Shown: piece after piece, positions 12,404 to 24,000 of the stretch
How the letters are laid out: each line of letters opens with the position of its first letter
Numbering within the stretch: the first letter of the stretch is position 1
Source: Mobula hypostoma
Taxonomy: Eukaryota
Reading direction: 5' to 3'
Assembly: GCF_963921235.1 (NCBI RefSeq)
Contig: NC_086097.1
Coordinates: 222,892,001 to 222,956,000, forward strand
Length of the DNA stretch: 64,000 nt
The notes under the pieces: model-generated
What the model was told of the DNA's origin: nothing
Databases searched by the model: none
The model's input: the letters and a program-made list of their open reading frames with translations, nothing else
Position numbers and translations under genes: made by a program

Positions 12404-15365
12404 AGAAAAGGGCCACTTTTCAATATAATTGTATAAGGGCTAAGAGAGTTGTAAAAGCGCGCCTAAAGGTTTTGTGTGTCAATGCAAGGAGCATTCGTAA
12501 CAAGGTGAATGAATTAAAAGTGCAGATTGTTATTAATGAATATTATGTAGTTGGGATCACAGAGACATGGCTCCAGGGTGACCAAGGATGGGAGCTCAAC
12601 ATTCAGGGATATTCAATATTCAGGAGGGATAGACATGAAAGAAAAGGAGGTGGGGTGGCGTTGCTGGTTAGAGAGGAGATTAACGCAATAGAAAGGAAGG
12701 ACATTCGCCGGGAGGATGTGGAATCAATATGGGTAGAGCTGCATAACATTAAGGGGCAGAAAACGCTGGTGGGAGTTGTGTACAGGCCACCTAACAGTAG
12801 TAGTGAGGTTGGGGATGGTATTAAACATGAAATTAGAAATGTGTGCAATAAAGGAACAGCAGTTATAATGGTTGACTTCAATCTACATGTGGATTGGGTG
12901 AACCAAATTGTTAAGGGTGCTGAGGAAGAGGATTTCTTGTAATGTATGCGGGATGGTTTTTTGAACCAACATGTCGAGGAACCAACTAGAGAGCAGGCTA
13001 TTCTAGACCAGGTATTGAACAATGAGGAAGGGTTAATTAGCAATCTTGTCGTGAGAGGCCCCTTGGGTAAGAGTGACCATAATATGGTGGAATTCTTCAT
13101 TAAGATGGAGAGTGACATAGTTAATTCAGAAACAAAGGTTCTGAACTTAAAGAAGGGTAACTTTTAAGGTATGAGACATGAATTAGCTAAGATAGACTGG
13201 CAAATGACACTTAAAGGGCTGACGGTGGATATGCAATGGCAAGCATTTAAAGATCGCATGGATGAACTACAACAATTGTTCATCCCAGTTTGGCAAAAGA
13301 ATAAATTAAGGAAGGTAGTGCACCCGTGGCTGACAAGGGAAATTAGAGATAGTATCAATTCCAAAGAAGAAGCATACAAACTAGCCAGAAAAAGTGGCTC
13401 ACCTGAGGACTGGGAGAAATTTAGAGTTCAGCAGAGGAGGACAAAGGGCTTAATTAGGAAGGGGAAAAAAGATTATGAGAGAAAACTGGCAGGGAAATTA
13501 AAAACTGACTGTAAAAGCTTTTATAGATATGTGAAAAGAAAAAGATTGGTTAAGACAAATGTAGGTCCCCTACAGACAGAAACAGGTGAATTGATTATGG
13601 GGAGCAAGGACATGGCAGACCAATTGAATAATTACTTTGGTTCTGTCTTCACTAAGGAGGACATAAATAATCTTCCGGAAATAGTAGGGGACAGAGGGTC
13701 CAGTGAGATGGAGGAACTGGGGGAAATACATGTTAGTAGGGAAGTGGTGTTAGGTAAATTGAAGGGATTAAAGGCAGATAAATCCCCAGAGCCAGATGGT
13801 CTGCATCCCAGAGTGCTTAAGGAAGTAGCCCAAGAAATAGTGGATGCATTAGTGATAATTTTTCAAAACTCTTTAAATTCTGGACTATTTCCTGAGAATT
13901 GGAGGGTGGCTAATGTAACCCCACTTTTTAAAAAAGGAGGGAGAGAGAAACCAGGGAATTATAGACCAGTTAGCCTAACATCAGTGATGGGGAAACTGCT
14001 AGAGTCAGTTATCAAAGATGTGATAACAGCACATTTGGAAAGCAGTGAAATCATTGGACAAAGTCAGCATGGATTTGTGAAAGGAAAATCATGTCTGACG
14101 AATCTCATAGAATTTTTTGAGGATATAACTAGTAGAGTGGATAGGGGAGAACCAGTGAATGTGGTATATTTGGATTTTCAAAAGGCTTTTGACAAGGTCC
14201 CACACAGGAGATTAGTGTGCAAACTTAAAGCACACGGTATTGGGGGTAAGGTATTGATGTGGATAGAGAATTGGTTGGCAGACAGGAAGCAAAGAGTGGG
14301 AATAAATGGGACCTTTTCAGAATGGCAGGCAGTGACTAGTGGGGTACCGCAAGGCTCAGTGCTGGGACCCCAGTTGTTTACAATATATATTAATGACTTG
14401 GATGAGGGAATTAAATGCAGCATCTCCAAGTTTGCAGATGACACAAAGCTGGGTGGCAGTGTTAGCTGTGAGGAGGATGCTAAGAGGATGCAGGGTGACT
14501 TGGATAGGTTAGGTGAGTGGGCAAGTTCATGGCAGATGCAATTTAATGTGGATAAATGTGAAGTTATCCACTTTGGTGGCAAAAACAGGAAAACAGATTA
14601 TTATCTGAATGGTGGCCGATTAGGAAAAGGGGAGGTGCAACGAGACCTGGGTGTCATTATACACCAGTCATTGAAAGTGGGCATGCAGGTACAGCAGGCG
14701 GTGAAAAAGGCGAATGGTATGCTGGCATTCATAGCAAGAGGATTCGAGTACAGGAGCAGGGAGGTACTACTACAGTTGTACAAGGCCTTGGTGAGACCAC
14801 ACCTGGAGTATTGTGTGCAGTTTTGGTCCCCTAATCTGAGGAAAGACATCCTTGCCATAGAGGGAGTACAAAGAAGGTTCACCAGATTGATTCCTGGGAT
14901 GGCAGGACTTTCATATGATGAAAGACTGGATGAACTAGGCTTGTACTCGTTGGAATTTAGAAGATTGAGGGGGGATCTGATTGAAACGTATAAAATCCTA
15001 AAGGGATTGGACAGGCTAGATGCAGGAAGATTGTTCCCGATGTTGGGGAAGTCCAGAACGAGGGGTCACAGTTTGAGGATAAAGGGGAAGCCTTTTAGGA
15101 CCGAGATTAGGAAAAACTTCTTCACACAGAGAGTGGTGAATCTGTGGTATTCTCTGCCACAGGAAACAGTTGAGGCCAGTTCATTGGCTATATTTAAGAG
15201 GGAGTTAGATATGGCCCTTGTGGCTAAAGGGATCAGGGGGTATGGAGAGAAGGCTGGTGCAGGGTTCTGAGTTGGATGATCAGCCATGATCATACTGAAT
15301 GGCGGTGCAGGCTCGAAGGGCCGAATGGCCTACTCCTGCACCTATTTTCTATGTTTCTATGTTTC
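12404..15365 (+). mobile_element. Young CR1 LINE, 5'-truncated; near-complete ORF2 with two in-frame stops
   Basis: APE endonuclease and RT in ORFs 12379-12942, 12946-13167 and 13171-15270 (one frame); tail (TTCTATGT)n; nearly identical to the 21357-24401 copy. Confidence 0.95.
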
Positions 15366-16330
15366 ACATGATTTATTTTAGAGCTAATTTTATACTGTAT
15401 CTCAAAATTTTGTATTGTGATTTTTGAATTCTGTAATGGTGAATTTCCTTAACCCAGGCAACTATAATGTGGGGATTGCCTGTACTTCAGTTTTACATTA
15501 CTTATTTTAAAGTGACACATTGGAGAAGTACTGCAGGAATTATGTAATAACAGGTTTTCTGCTTTAGTAAAGAAGCATTTCATTATTCACTGAAGGGGTA
15601 TATCCTTGCATTGTATCTATCCTGAATTTTTAGATGTTTAAACTTCTTGATTGGTAGGTTGATATTGGTGAGATTACTGCATTGAATGCCCGGGGCTTAA
15701 GTGAACAGAACAGCAGCCAAGTAATACCGGAAGCAACAGAAGGATTTTGAAATGAACAATATGTGGGTTAAAGAAAAAGCATAATAAGAATTGATGACTC
15801 ATGCAGATTCTGGTAAAGAATTGTAAAGAAGTAAAGAGGGGAAAACACAAAAAGCAAAGTAAATAAAATAAGAATTTGCATTAATAAACTTTCCAGCTGA
15901 TGAGCAGGAATTAATTTTCATGATGTCTTAAAGGATGCTAAGAATGAAATGAACAAGTTAACTTCCTCTGCTGGTTTAGTTACTTTATATTGTACAGCAG
16001 AGCAACTTCATTTTATTCAGTGCATTTAGTATTGGGGCATTTTTTTGATCATTACATTTTTGGCAGCATCTTTTTTGCCATTTGCTTGAAGTTGTGCATT
16101 ATTTGCATAAATAAGGATTGGTAACATTAGCACTACTGACATTTTAACAGCAACATGTAGCCAATCGTCTCTGAGAGCATTTGCTATAGTTACGAAGCTA
16201 AATTTTTCATGATAGCATTCAAAGAAGGAATATTATTCCTGTATATGTTCTTGATAAATTCTTCATAAAATGGTACTATTAAAAACATTAATTATTTATT
16301 TCATTTTCTGTTTGTTCATTCTTAATATGT

Positions 16331-16527
16331 TCGTCCATCGTCGTCGTTGATGAAAACCTTGACACCATTGATGGTGTCGAGACTAGCGCATGATTTAGAT
16401 TTAAGTGAGGGGAAGTCGCACAGCATCAGCTTCGCTCTCTCTTCCCAATTCCCATCTGGATCCAGTGGCAAGACAAGAGTCGAGACGGCTGGAGATGGGA
16501 CTAGGCGCAATGGACCTTAATATGCTC
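16331..16527. mobile_element. Short GC-richer insertion flanked by a 10-bp direct repeat (probable target-site duplication)
   Basis: cttaatatgt at 16321-16330 and 16528-16537; internal hairpin gacaccat-tg-atggtgtc. Confidence 0.55.
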
Positions 16528-17462
16528 CTTAATATGTATGAATCAGTTGTAGTCAATAAATTATTTGTGAAGCATTTTGGACATCTTCAGAATAAGGCAA
16601 TATAAATTAAAATGTTTCCATTACTAGATTCAATCAGATTATATTGCACAATTTGTGAAAAATGTTAGCATTTGTTAATGCAGGCCACTTTAGCTCATTG
16701 CATAAGCTGTGGTAAGAAATATAACTGTTGCGCAATCTGAGGAACTTATTAACACTGGAGAAGATTTTGCTTGGCCCCCTCAGAAAGTAATACAGCACAT
16801 TAATCAGTGACGCAGACACTTTTAATCCTCAATGCAAAACAAAAATGTTAGGCAAAAGGATTAGTTTTAAGCTGTTGATTTCGATCTTTCTATCCAATTT
16901 CTGTTCACATTATTTGTCAGTGAAGAAGGTTCCAAAGGTACAGAGGTTTTTTCTTCATTAAAAATTCTCATGTGCTTTTTCTGGATGAAGAACATCCCTG
17001 ATTCTAAAATCTTATTAGAATCATATTTCATTTCAGTTATTGAGAAAGACCACATCTACCATTGTTTCCCTGCTAAGAACTCAAAGTGAGTGACGCAATT
17101 GAAAGCTGACTCAGTTCCTGTTTTAAAATTGTTTTGTTGAGTGACAAGTGTGCATGAAGTGACCTCATTAACTATGATGCTGAGCATTATAAGGATGTTC
17201 TGCTAACCTCAGATTACACATTGAGATAACAAATGACTGAGAAACCAAGTGAATGGTTTCATTAAAGAAAATACATGACCAGTACAGCGTACCTTCCTCT
17301 AGCAGTAAATGCTCGTGCTACTTTGAAAATTTTTCAATGAAATGCAATACAGGTATTTTGTTCAGTTGATTAATTACTTTATTTTTCTTTTACAGGTGAC
17401 TTGAAAATAAAAGAATACAAGCTGCATTTGCATTGAATGAATACCAAAAAGAAGTAATTGAG

Positions 17463-18059
17463 ATGGAAAATGCTTTTATTATATTTTGTGGACTTGCCCA
17501 CAAAAACTATACTTCTCAACCAACTGAGGAATCTCATATTAAAGACGTTTGTTTCAGTGAAGGTGTAAACCTTCTTGTACATCTGACATTTGTGTTCTGT
17601 TCTGTAATTGGTGTTGTTGTGATTAAGTGCAGACAACGTTCCCCTGCAACATTCCCTACAGGTTTGAGAGGCTGGATTCATTTCCAATGGCACAATGTGC
17701 GATGGATATTAACATTTTTCTACATTTTTATATCAGCCTGTGCTGTGGCAGATGGCATTTTATCACAGTTGTATTCGAAGTTGGACAGACCATTTATTTA
17801 TGTACCTGATGCGGCACAACTTGTCTCATGTATCCTTTCTATAGTTTACTATGATGTTGCGGAAAATGCAAATGCACCTATGTTTTTGGTGCTTTTTATA
17901 TTTCACTGGCCTGCTGCCTGTAGCATTAGTGTGTTGAAGGCTTATCAGATGTATTCCCAGAGGTTTATCACCAGTGATCTGACTTTTCTCCTCGACTGTA
18001 CCTTGGCTTCAATCTATGGACTCTTTGTCATTCTGGAACTCAGCATATTTTTTAAAAAG
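17463..18059 (+). CDS. SUR-like coding exon 1 (entire TMD0, 199 codons); splice acceptor at 17395/17396 adds a short 5' UTR segment
   Basis: gagATGG start; [10 protein letters not shown]...LELSIFFKK; donor AAG|gtatgt, phase 0; several hydrophobic segments. Confidence 0.9.
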
Positions 18060-21000
18060 GTATGTCTTGTAATATAATTTCAAAGAAAAAGTGCATGACT
18101 TTATAAAAGGCAAATTATGTTCATGTGATCTGTTCTATTATATTTTTCACTGTGAGCCATTATACCTCTTTATGTAATTTAAATTACCACAAGATTGACA
18201 GCCTGCAGTTTTGCTTGTGTGGGAATAAGAAGAATACAACTATTGTTTACCATAGTTGAAGTTTTGAAGGGACTGAGGCATGTTGTTGTTGGGGTTAGAA
18301 TTTGCTCTGAGTACAATGAACCTTTAATGAATTTCGATTTTCCACCACAATTAATATAACAGCTATTTAATCGATTAGCTATTGCCTTGATTATAGTACT
18401 AAATACTTAAAAGCTGAGTTTTCATTAATAGGCATTGAAAACAAAGTGTTATGAGTGCATAGCATTTGTTGGCAATCTACTATTTTATTCTCTAAAATGT
18501 ATTTAAGTAGCTGCACTTCTTCCATGTTGATCTTTTGAAGTGACAGCACGTCACTACATTGTATTTTGTGAGTATTCAGATTTACCAAGTTTACTGTTGC
18601 AAAGAGTTTTATATCTATTTTATGTACTATTGAAAGATGGCAATTGTTTTGAAATCTTAAGAAGTAGCAGAATGAGTTAATTGGTATAATTTCTTTCTTT
18701 TAGGGGTATTATGGTCCAGGGTATTCCAGAGATATCCCACCCTTAGAACTACAAGACCCAGAAAAAAAATTTCATCAGCCTTACGTCAATATTTTGTCAC
18801 AGATCACCTACACGTAAGAGAAAAATGCTAAATTTTGTTGTCTACTATTTTAAAAATATTATTGTACAATTAGAGTCATAGAGTTCTTGGAAAGTACAGC
18901 ATAGAAACAGGCCCTTTGACCCATCTAGCCCATGCTGAACTATTTAAACTGCTTACTCCCATCGACCTGCCTCCCTACCCCTACCATTACAACTACCCTA
19001 CCATCCATGTGCCGATCCAAACTTCTCCTAAATTTTGAAATTGTGCTCCTATGCACCACCTGCACTGGCAGCTCATACCACACTGTCATGACCTCATGAG
19101 TAAAGAAACTTCCCTCATGTTTCCCTTAAACTTTTCACCTTTCTCCCTTAACCCATCACCTGTATTTGAAGTCCCACCCAGCCTCAGTGGAAAAAGCATG
19201 CTTGCATTTACCTTATATGTACCCCTCATAGTTCTGTATACCTCAATGAAATCTCCACTCAGTCTTTCACATTCCAAGGAATAAAATCCAAACCTATTTA
19301 ATCTTTCCTAACAACTCAGGTCCTCCAGATCCAACACCAGCAACATCCTTGTAAATTTTTTCTGTACTCTTTCAACCTAATTTACATCTTTCTCGTACGT
19401 CAGTGACCAAAACTGCACACAATCTCTAAATTTGGCCTCACCTATGTCTTGGTCATCTTTAACATAACATCCCATCTCCTGTACGCAATACTTTGATTTG
19501 TGAAGGCCAATGTGCCAAGAGCTCTCTTTGCGACCATATCTACCTGTGACGCCACTGTCATTGAATTATGGACCTGTATTCCCTTATGTTTTCATATATA
19601 GAACTTTAACTATAGGTTGTTTTCTTGCTCAGTTGATTGTGTTATTCCATGCCAATTGTGAAGATGTATCTCTTAGTGTTTTGCCCATATGCTCCCTATA
19701 TTTGAATAAAACTAAATGAAAGTAGCTATTTGACTTAGAAAGGTATTTTAGATAAGCCCATTCCTCCATATGTGCTATATGGAATAGTGATGGTGAGTAG
19801 AAACTCTGATTACTTTTCGAACCAAGATATCCAAACCACAACCAGTTTACTGGCTAACAGTGACATTTCGGTAAGCCACTTTGTGTATGATGTTATCAGA
19901 TCTCAAGACAGTATTCTTATTCAGAAGCAGACATCAGAATCTAGTTAATTATTTTCTCTGTTGTAGAATTATTGTGTAACACCAAACTTGATCATTGCAC
20001 AAAGTCAAGTCTTTGCAGTCTAAGATTATAAATTCAAGCCAATATAACAAGACTGATGCTGTAGTGTAAATGTTTTCAATGCATTGTAGGAGTAATCTTT
20101 AATATTCGAAGAAGGAGTCTGAGAGTCTGAGCGGGAGTGCTGAGAAAGACATTTTTGAAATTTTCGTTATTTTTTTTTCTCCAATGGTGTTCTGAGAGGC
20201 GGGACTGCGCAGGCGTGTGACGTCGGGCAGTGCAGCACGGCAGATTTAAAAGGAACAGAGCCTCATAGAGCGGGCAGCGTAGTTTGCGGGCGGCGGAGTG
20301 AGCCGGGAGCAGAGTGAAGGCTTAAGGGCTTCGGCTCAACGGGCTTAGGCGGAAGTGGGCGAGGCGAGGAAGGTTTGGCATTCATTTTCTGTTGTTATTT
20401 GAGGAGAGGGGCAGTATGAGTGTGAGGGCAGTTTGCTGTTCTCGGTGTCGGATGTGGGAGGCCCTGGAGTCTCCAAGCCTCCCAGACGTCTACATCTGCG
20501 CCAAGTGCATCGAGATGCAGCTCCTAAGGGACCGCATTACGGAACTGGAGCTGCAGCTCGATGACCTTTGTCTGGTCAGGGAGAGTGAGGAGTTAATAGA
20601 GAGAAGTTGCAGGCAGGTGGTCACGCCGGGGCCACGGGAGGCAGACAAGTGGGTCACGGTTAGGAGGGGGAAGGGGAAGAGTCAGGTAATAGGGAGTACC
20701 CCGGTGGCTGTGCCCCTTAACAATAGGTACTCCTGTTTCAGTACTGTTGGGGGGGACAGCCTTCCCGGGGGAAGCGACAGTGGCCGTGCCTCCGGCACAG
20801 AGTTTGGCCCTGTAGCTCAGAAGGGTAGGGCAAGGAAGAGGAGGGCAGTTGTGATAGGGGACTCGATAGTAAGAGGGTCAGATAGGCGATTCTGTGGACG
20901 CAGTCCAGAGACCCGGATGGTAGTTTGCCTCCCTGGTGCCAGGGTCCGGGATATTTCTGATCGTGTCCAAGATATCCTGAAGTGGGAGGGTGAGGAGCCA

Positions 21001-24000
21001 GAGGTCGTGGTACATATAGGTACCAATGACATAGGTAGGAAAAGGGATGAGGTCCTGAAAGGAGAATATAGGGAGCTAGGAAGGGAGTTGAGAAAAAGGA
21101 CCGCAAAGGTAGTAATCTCGGGATTACTGCCTCGGCCACACGATAGTGAGAGTAGGAATGCGATGAGGTGGAGGATAAATGTGTGGCTGAGGGATTGGAG
21201 CAGGAGGCAGGGATTCAAGTTTTTGGATCATTGGGACCTCTTTTGGCACAGGCGTGACCTGTACAAAAAGGACGGGTTACACTTGAATCCTAGGGGGACC
21301 AATATCCTGGCAGGGAGATTAGCGAGGGCTACTGAGGTGACTTTAAACTAGAATGGTTGGGGGGTGGGAATCAAATTAAAGAGGCTAGGCGTGAGGAGGT
21401 TAGTTCACAACAGGGGGATGGGAACCAGTGCAGAGAGACAGAGGGGTGTAAAGTGGGGGTAGAAGCAAAAAGTACTAAGGAGAAAAGTAAAAGTGGCAGG
21501 CCGACAAATCCAGGGCAAGCATTAAAAAGGGCCACTTTTCAACATAATTGTATAAGGGCTAAGAGAGTTGTAAAAGAGCGCCTGAAGGCTTTGTGTGTCA
21601 ATGCAAGGAGCATTCGTAATAAGGTGGATGAATTGAAAGTGCCGATTGTTATTAATGATTATGATATAGTTGGGATCACAGAGACATGGCCCCAGGGTGA
21701 CCAAGGATGGGAGCTCAACGTTCAGGGATATTCAATATTCAGGAGGGATAGACATGAAGGAAGGGGAGGTGGGGTGGCGTTGCTGGTTAAAGAAGAGATA
21801 GAAGAGATTAACGCAATAGAAAGGAAGGACATAAGCCAGGAAGATGTGGAATCAATATGGGTAGAGCTGCGTAACACTAAGACGCAGAAGACGCTGGTGG
21901 GAGTTGTGTACAGGCCACCTAACAGTAGTAGTGAGGTCGGAGATGGTATTAAACAGGAAATTAGAAATGTGTGCAATAAAGGAACAGCAGTTATAATGGG
22001 TGACTTCAATCTACATGTAGATTGGGTGAACCAAATTGGTAAAGGTGCTGAGGAAGAGGATTTCTTGGAATGTATGCAGGATGGTTTTTTGAACCAACAT
22101 GTCGAGGAACCAACTAGAGAGCAGGCTATTCTGGACTGGGTTTTGAGCAATGAGGAAGGGTTAATTAGCAATCTTGTCGTGAGAGGCCCCTTGGGTAAGA
22201 GTGACAATAATATGGTGGAATTCTTCATTAAGATGGAGAGTGACATAGTTAATTCAGAAACAAAGGTTCTGAACTTAAAGAGGGGTAACTTTGAAGGTAT
22301 GAGAGGTGAATTAGCTAAGATAGACTGGCAAATGACACTTAAAGGATTGACAGTGGATATGCAATGGCAAGCATTTAAAGGTTGCATGGATGAACTACAA
22401 CAATTGTTCATCCCAGTTTGGCAAAAGAATAAATCAAGGAAGGTAGTGCACCCGTGGCTGACAAGAGAAATTAGGGATAGTATCAATTCCAAAGAAGAAG
22501 AAGCATACAAATTAGCCAGAGAAAGTGGCTCACCTGAGGACTGGGAGAAATTCAGAGTTCAGCAGAGGAGGACAAAGGGCTTAATTAGGAAGGGGAAAAA
22601 AGATTATGAGAGAAAACTGGCAGGGAACATAAAAACTGACTGTAAAAGCTTTTATAGATATGTAAAAAGGAAAAGACTGGTAAAGACAAATGTAGGTCCC
22701 CTACCGACAGAAACAGGTGAATTGATTATGGGGAGCAAGGACATGGCAGACCAATTGAATAATTACTTTGGTTCTGTCTTCACTAAGGAGGACATAAGTA
22801 ATCTTCCAGAAATAGTAGGGGACAGAGGGTCCAGTGAGATGGAGGAACTGAGGGAAATACATGTTAGTAGGGAAGTGGTGTTAAGTAAATTGAAGGGATT
22901 GAAGGCAGATAAATCCCCAGGGCCAGATGGTCTGCATTCTAGAGTGCTTAAGGAAGTAGCCCAAGAAATAGTGGATGCATTAGTGATAATTTTTCAAAAC
23001 TCGTTAGATGCTGGACTAGTTCCTGAGGATTGGAGGGTGGCTAATGTAACCCCACTTTTTAAAAAAGGAGGGAGAGAGAAACCAGGGAATTATAGACCGG
23101 TTAGCCTAACGTCGGTGGTGGGGAAACTGCTGGAGTCAGTTATCAAAGATGTGATAACAGCACATTTGGAAAGCGGTGAAATCATTGGACAAAGTCAGCA
23201 TGGATTTGTGAAAGGAAAATCATGTATGACGAATCTCATAGAATTTTTTGAGGATGTAACTAGTAGAGTGGATAGGGGAGAACCAGTGGATGTGGTATAT
23301 TTGGATTTTCAAAAGGCTTTTGACAAGGACCCACACAGGAGATTAGTGTGCAAACTTAAGGCACTCGGTATTGGGGGTAAGGTATTGATGTGGATGGAGA
23401 ATTGGTTAGCAGGCAGGAAGCAAAGAGTGGGAATAAACGGGACCTTTTCAGAATGGCAGGCGGTGACTAGTGGGGTACCGCAAGGCTCAGTGCTGGGACC
23501 CCAGTTGTTTACAATATATATTAATGACTTGGATGAGGGAATTAAATGCAGCATCTCCAAGTTTGCGGATGACACGAAGCTGGGTGGCAGTGTTAGCTGT
23601 GAGGAGGATGCTAAGAGGATGCAGAGTGACTTGGATAGGTTGGGTGAGTGGGCAAGTTCATGGCAGATGCAATTTAATGTGGATAAATGTGAAGTTATCC
23701 ACTTTGGTAGTAAAAATAGGAAAACAGATTATTATCTGAATGGTGACCGATTAGGAAAAGGGGAGGTGCAACGAGACCTGGGTGTCATTATACACCAGTC
23801 ATTGAAAGTGGGCATGCAGGTACAGCAGGCGGTGAAAAAGGCGAATGGTATGCTGGCATTTATAGCGAGAGGATTTGAGTACAGGAGCAGGGAGGTACTA
23901 CTGCAGTTGTACAAGGCCTTGGTGAGACCACACCTGGAGTATTGTGTGCAGTTTTGGTCCCCTAATCTGAGGAAAGACATCTTTGCCATAGAGGGAGTAC

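Noticed and set aside
17353..17395. Possible 43-nt GT-AG intron (acag|gtattt...tacag)
   Set aside because: Too short for a typical vertebrate intron; only the acceptor is accepted.
21722..22510. Long antisense ORFs within CR1 copies (also 12603-13118, 14178-14582, 54320-55178)
   Set aside because: Shadow frames of ORF2 that recur only because the copies are near-identical; no recognisable domain.
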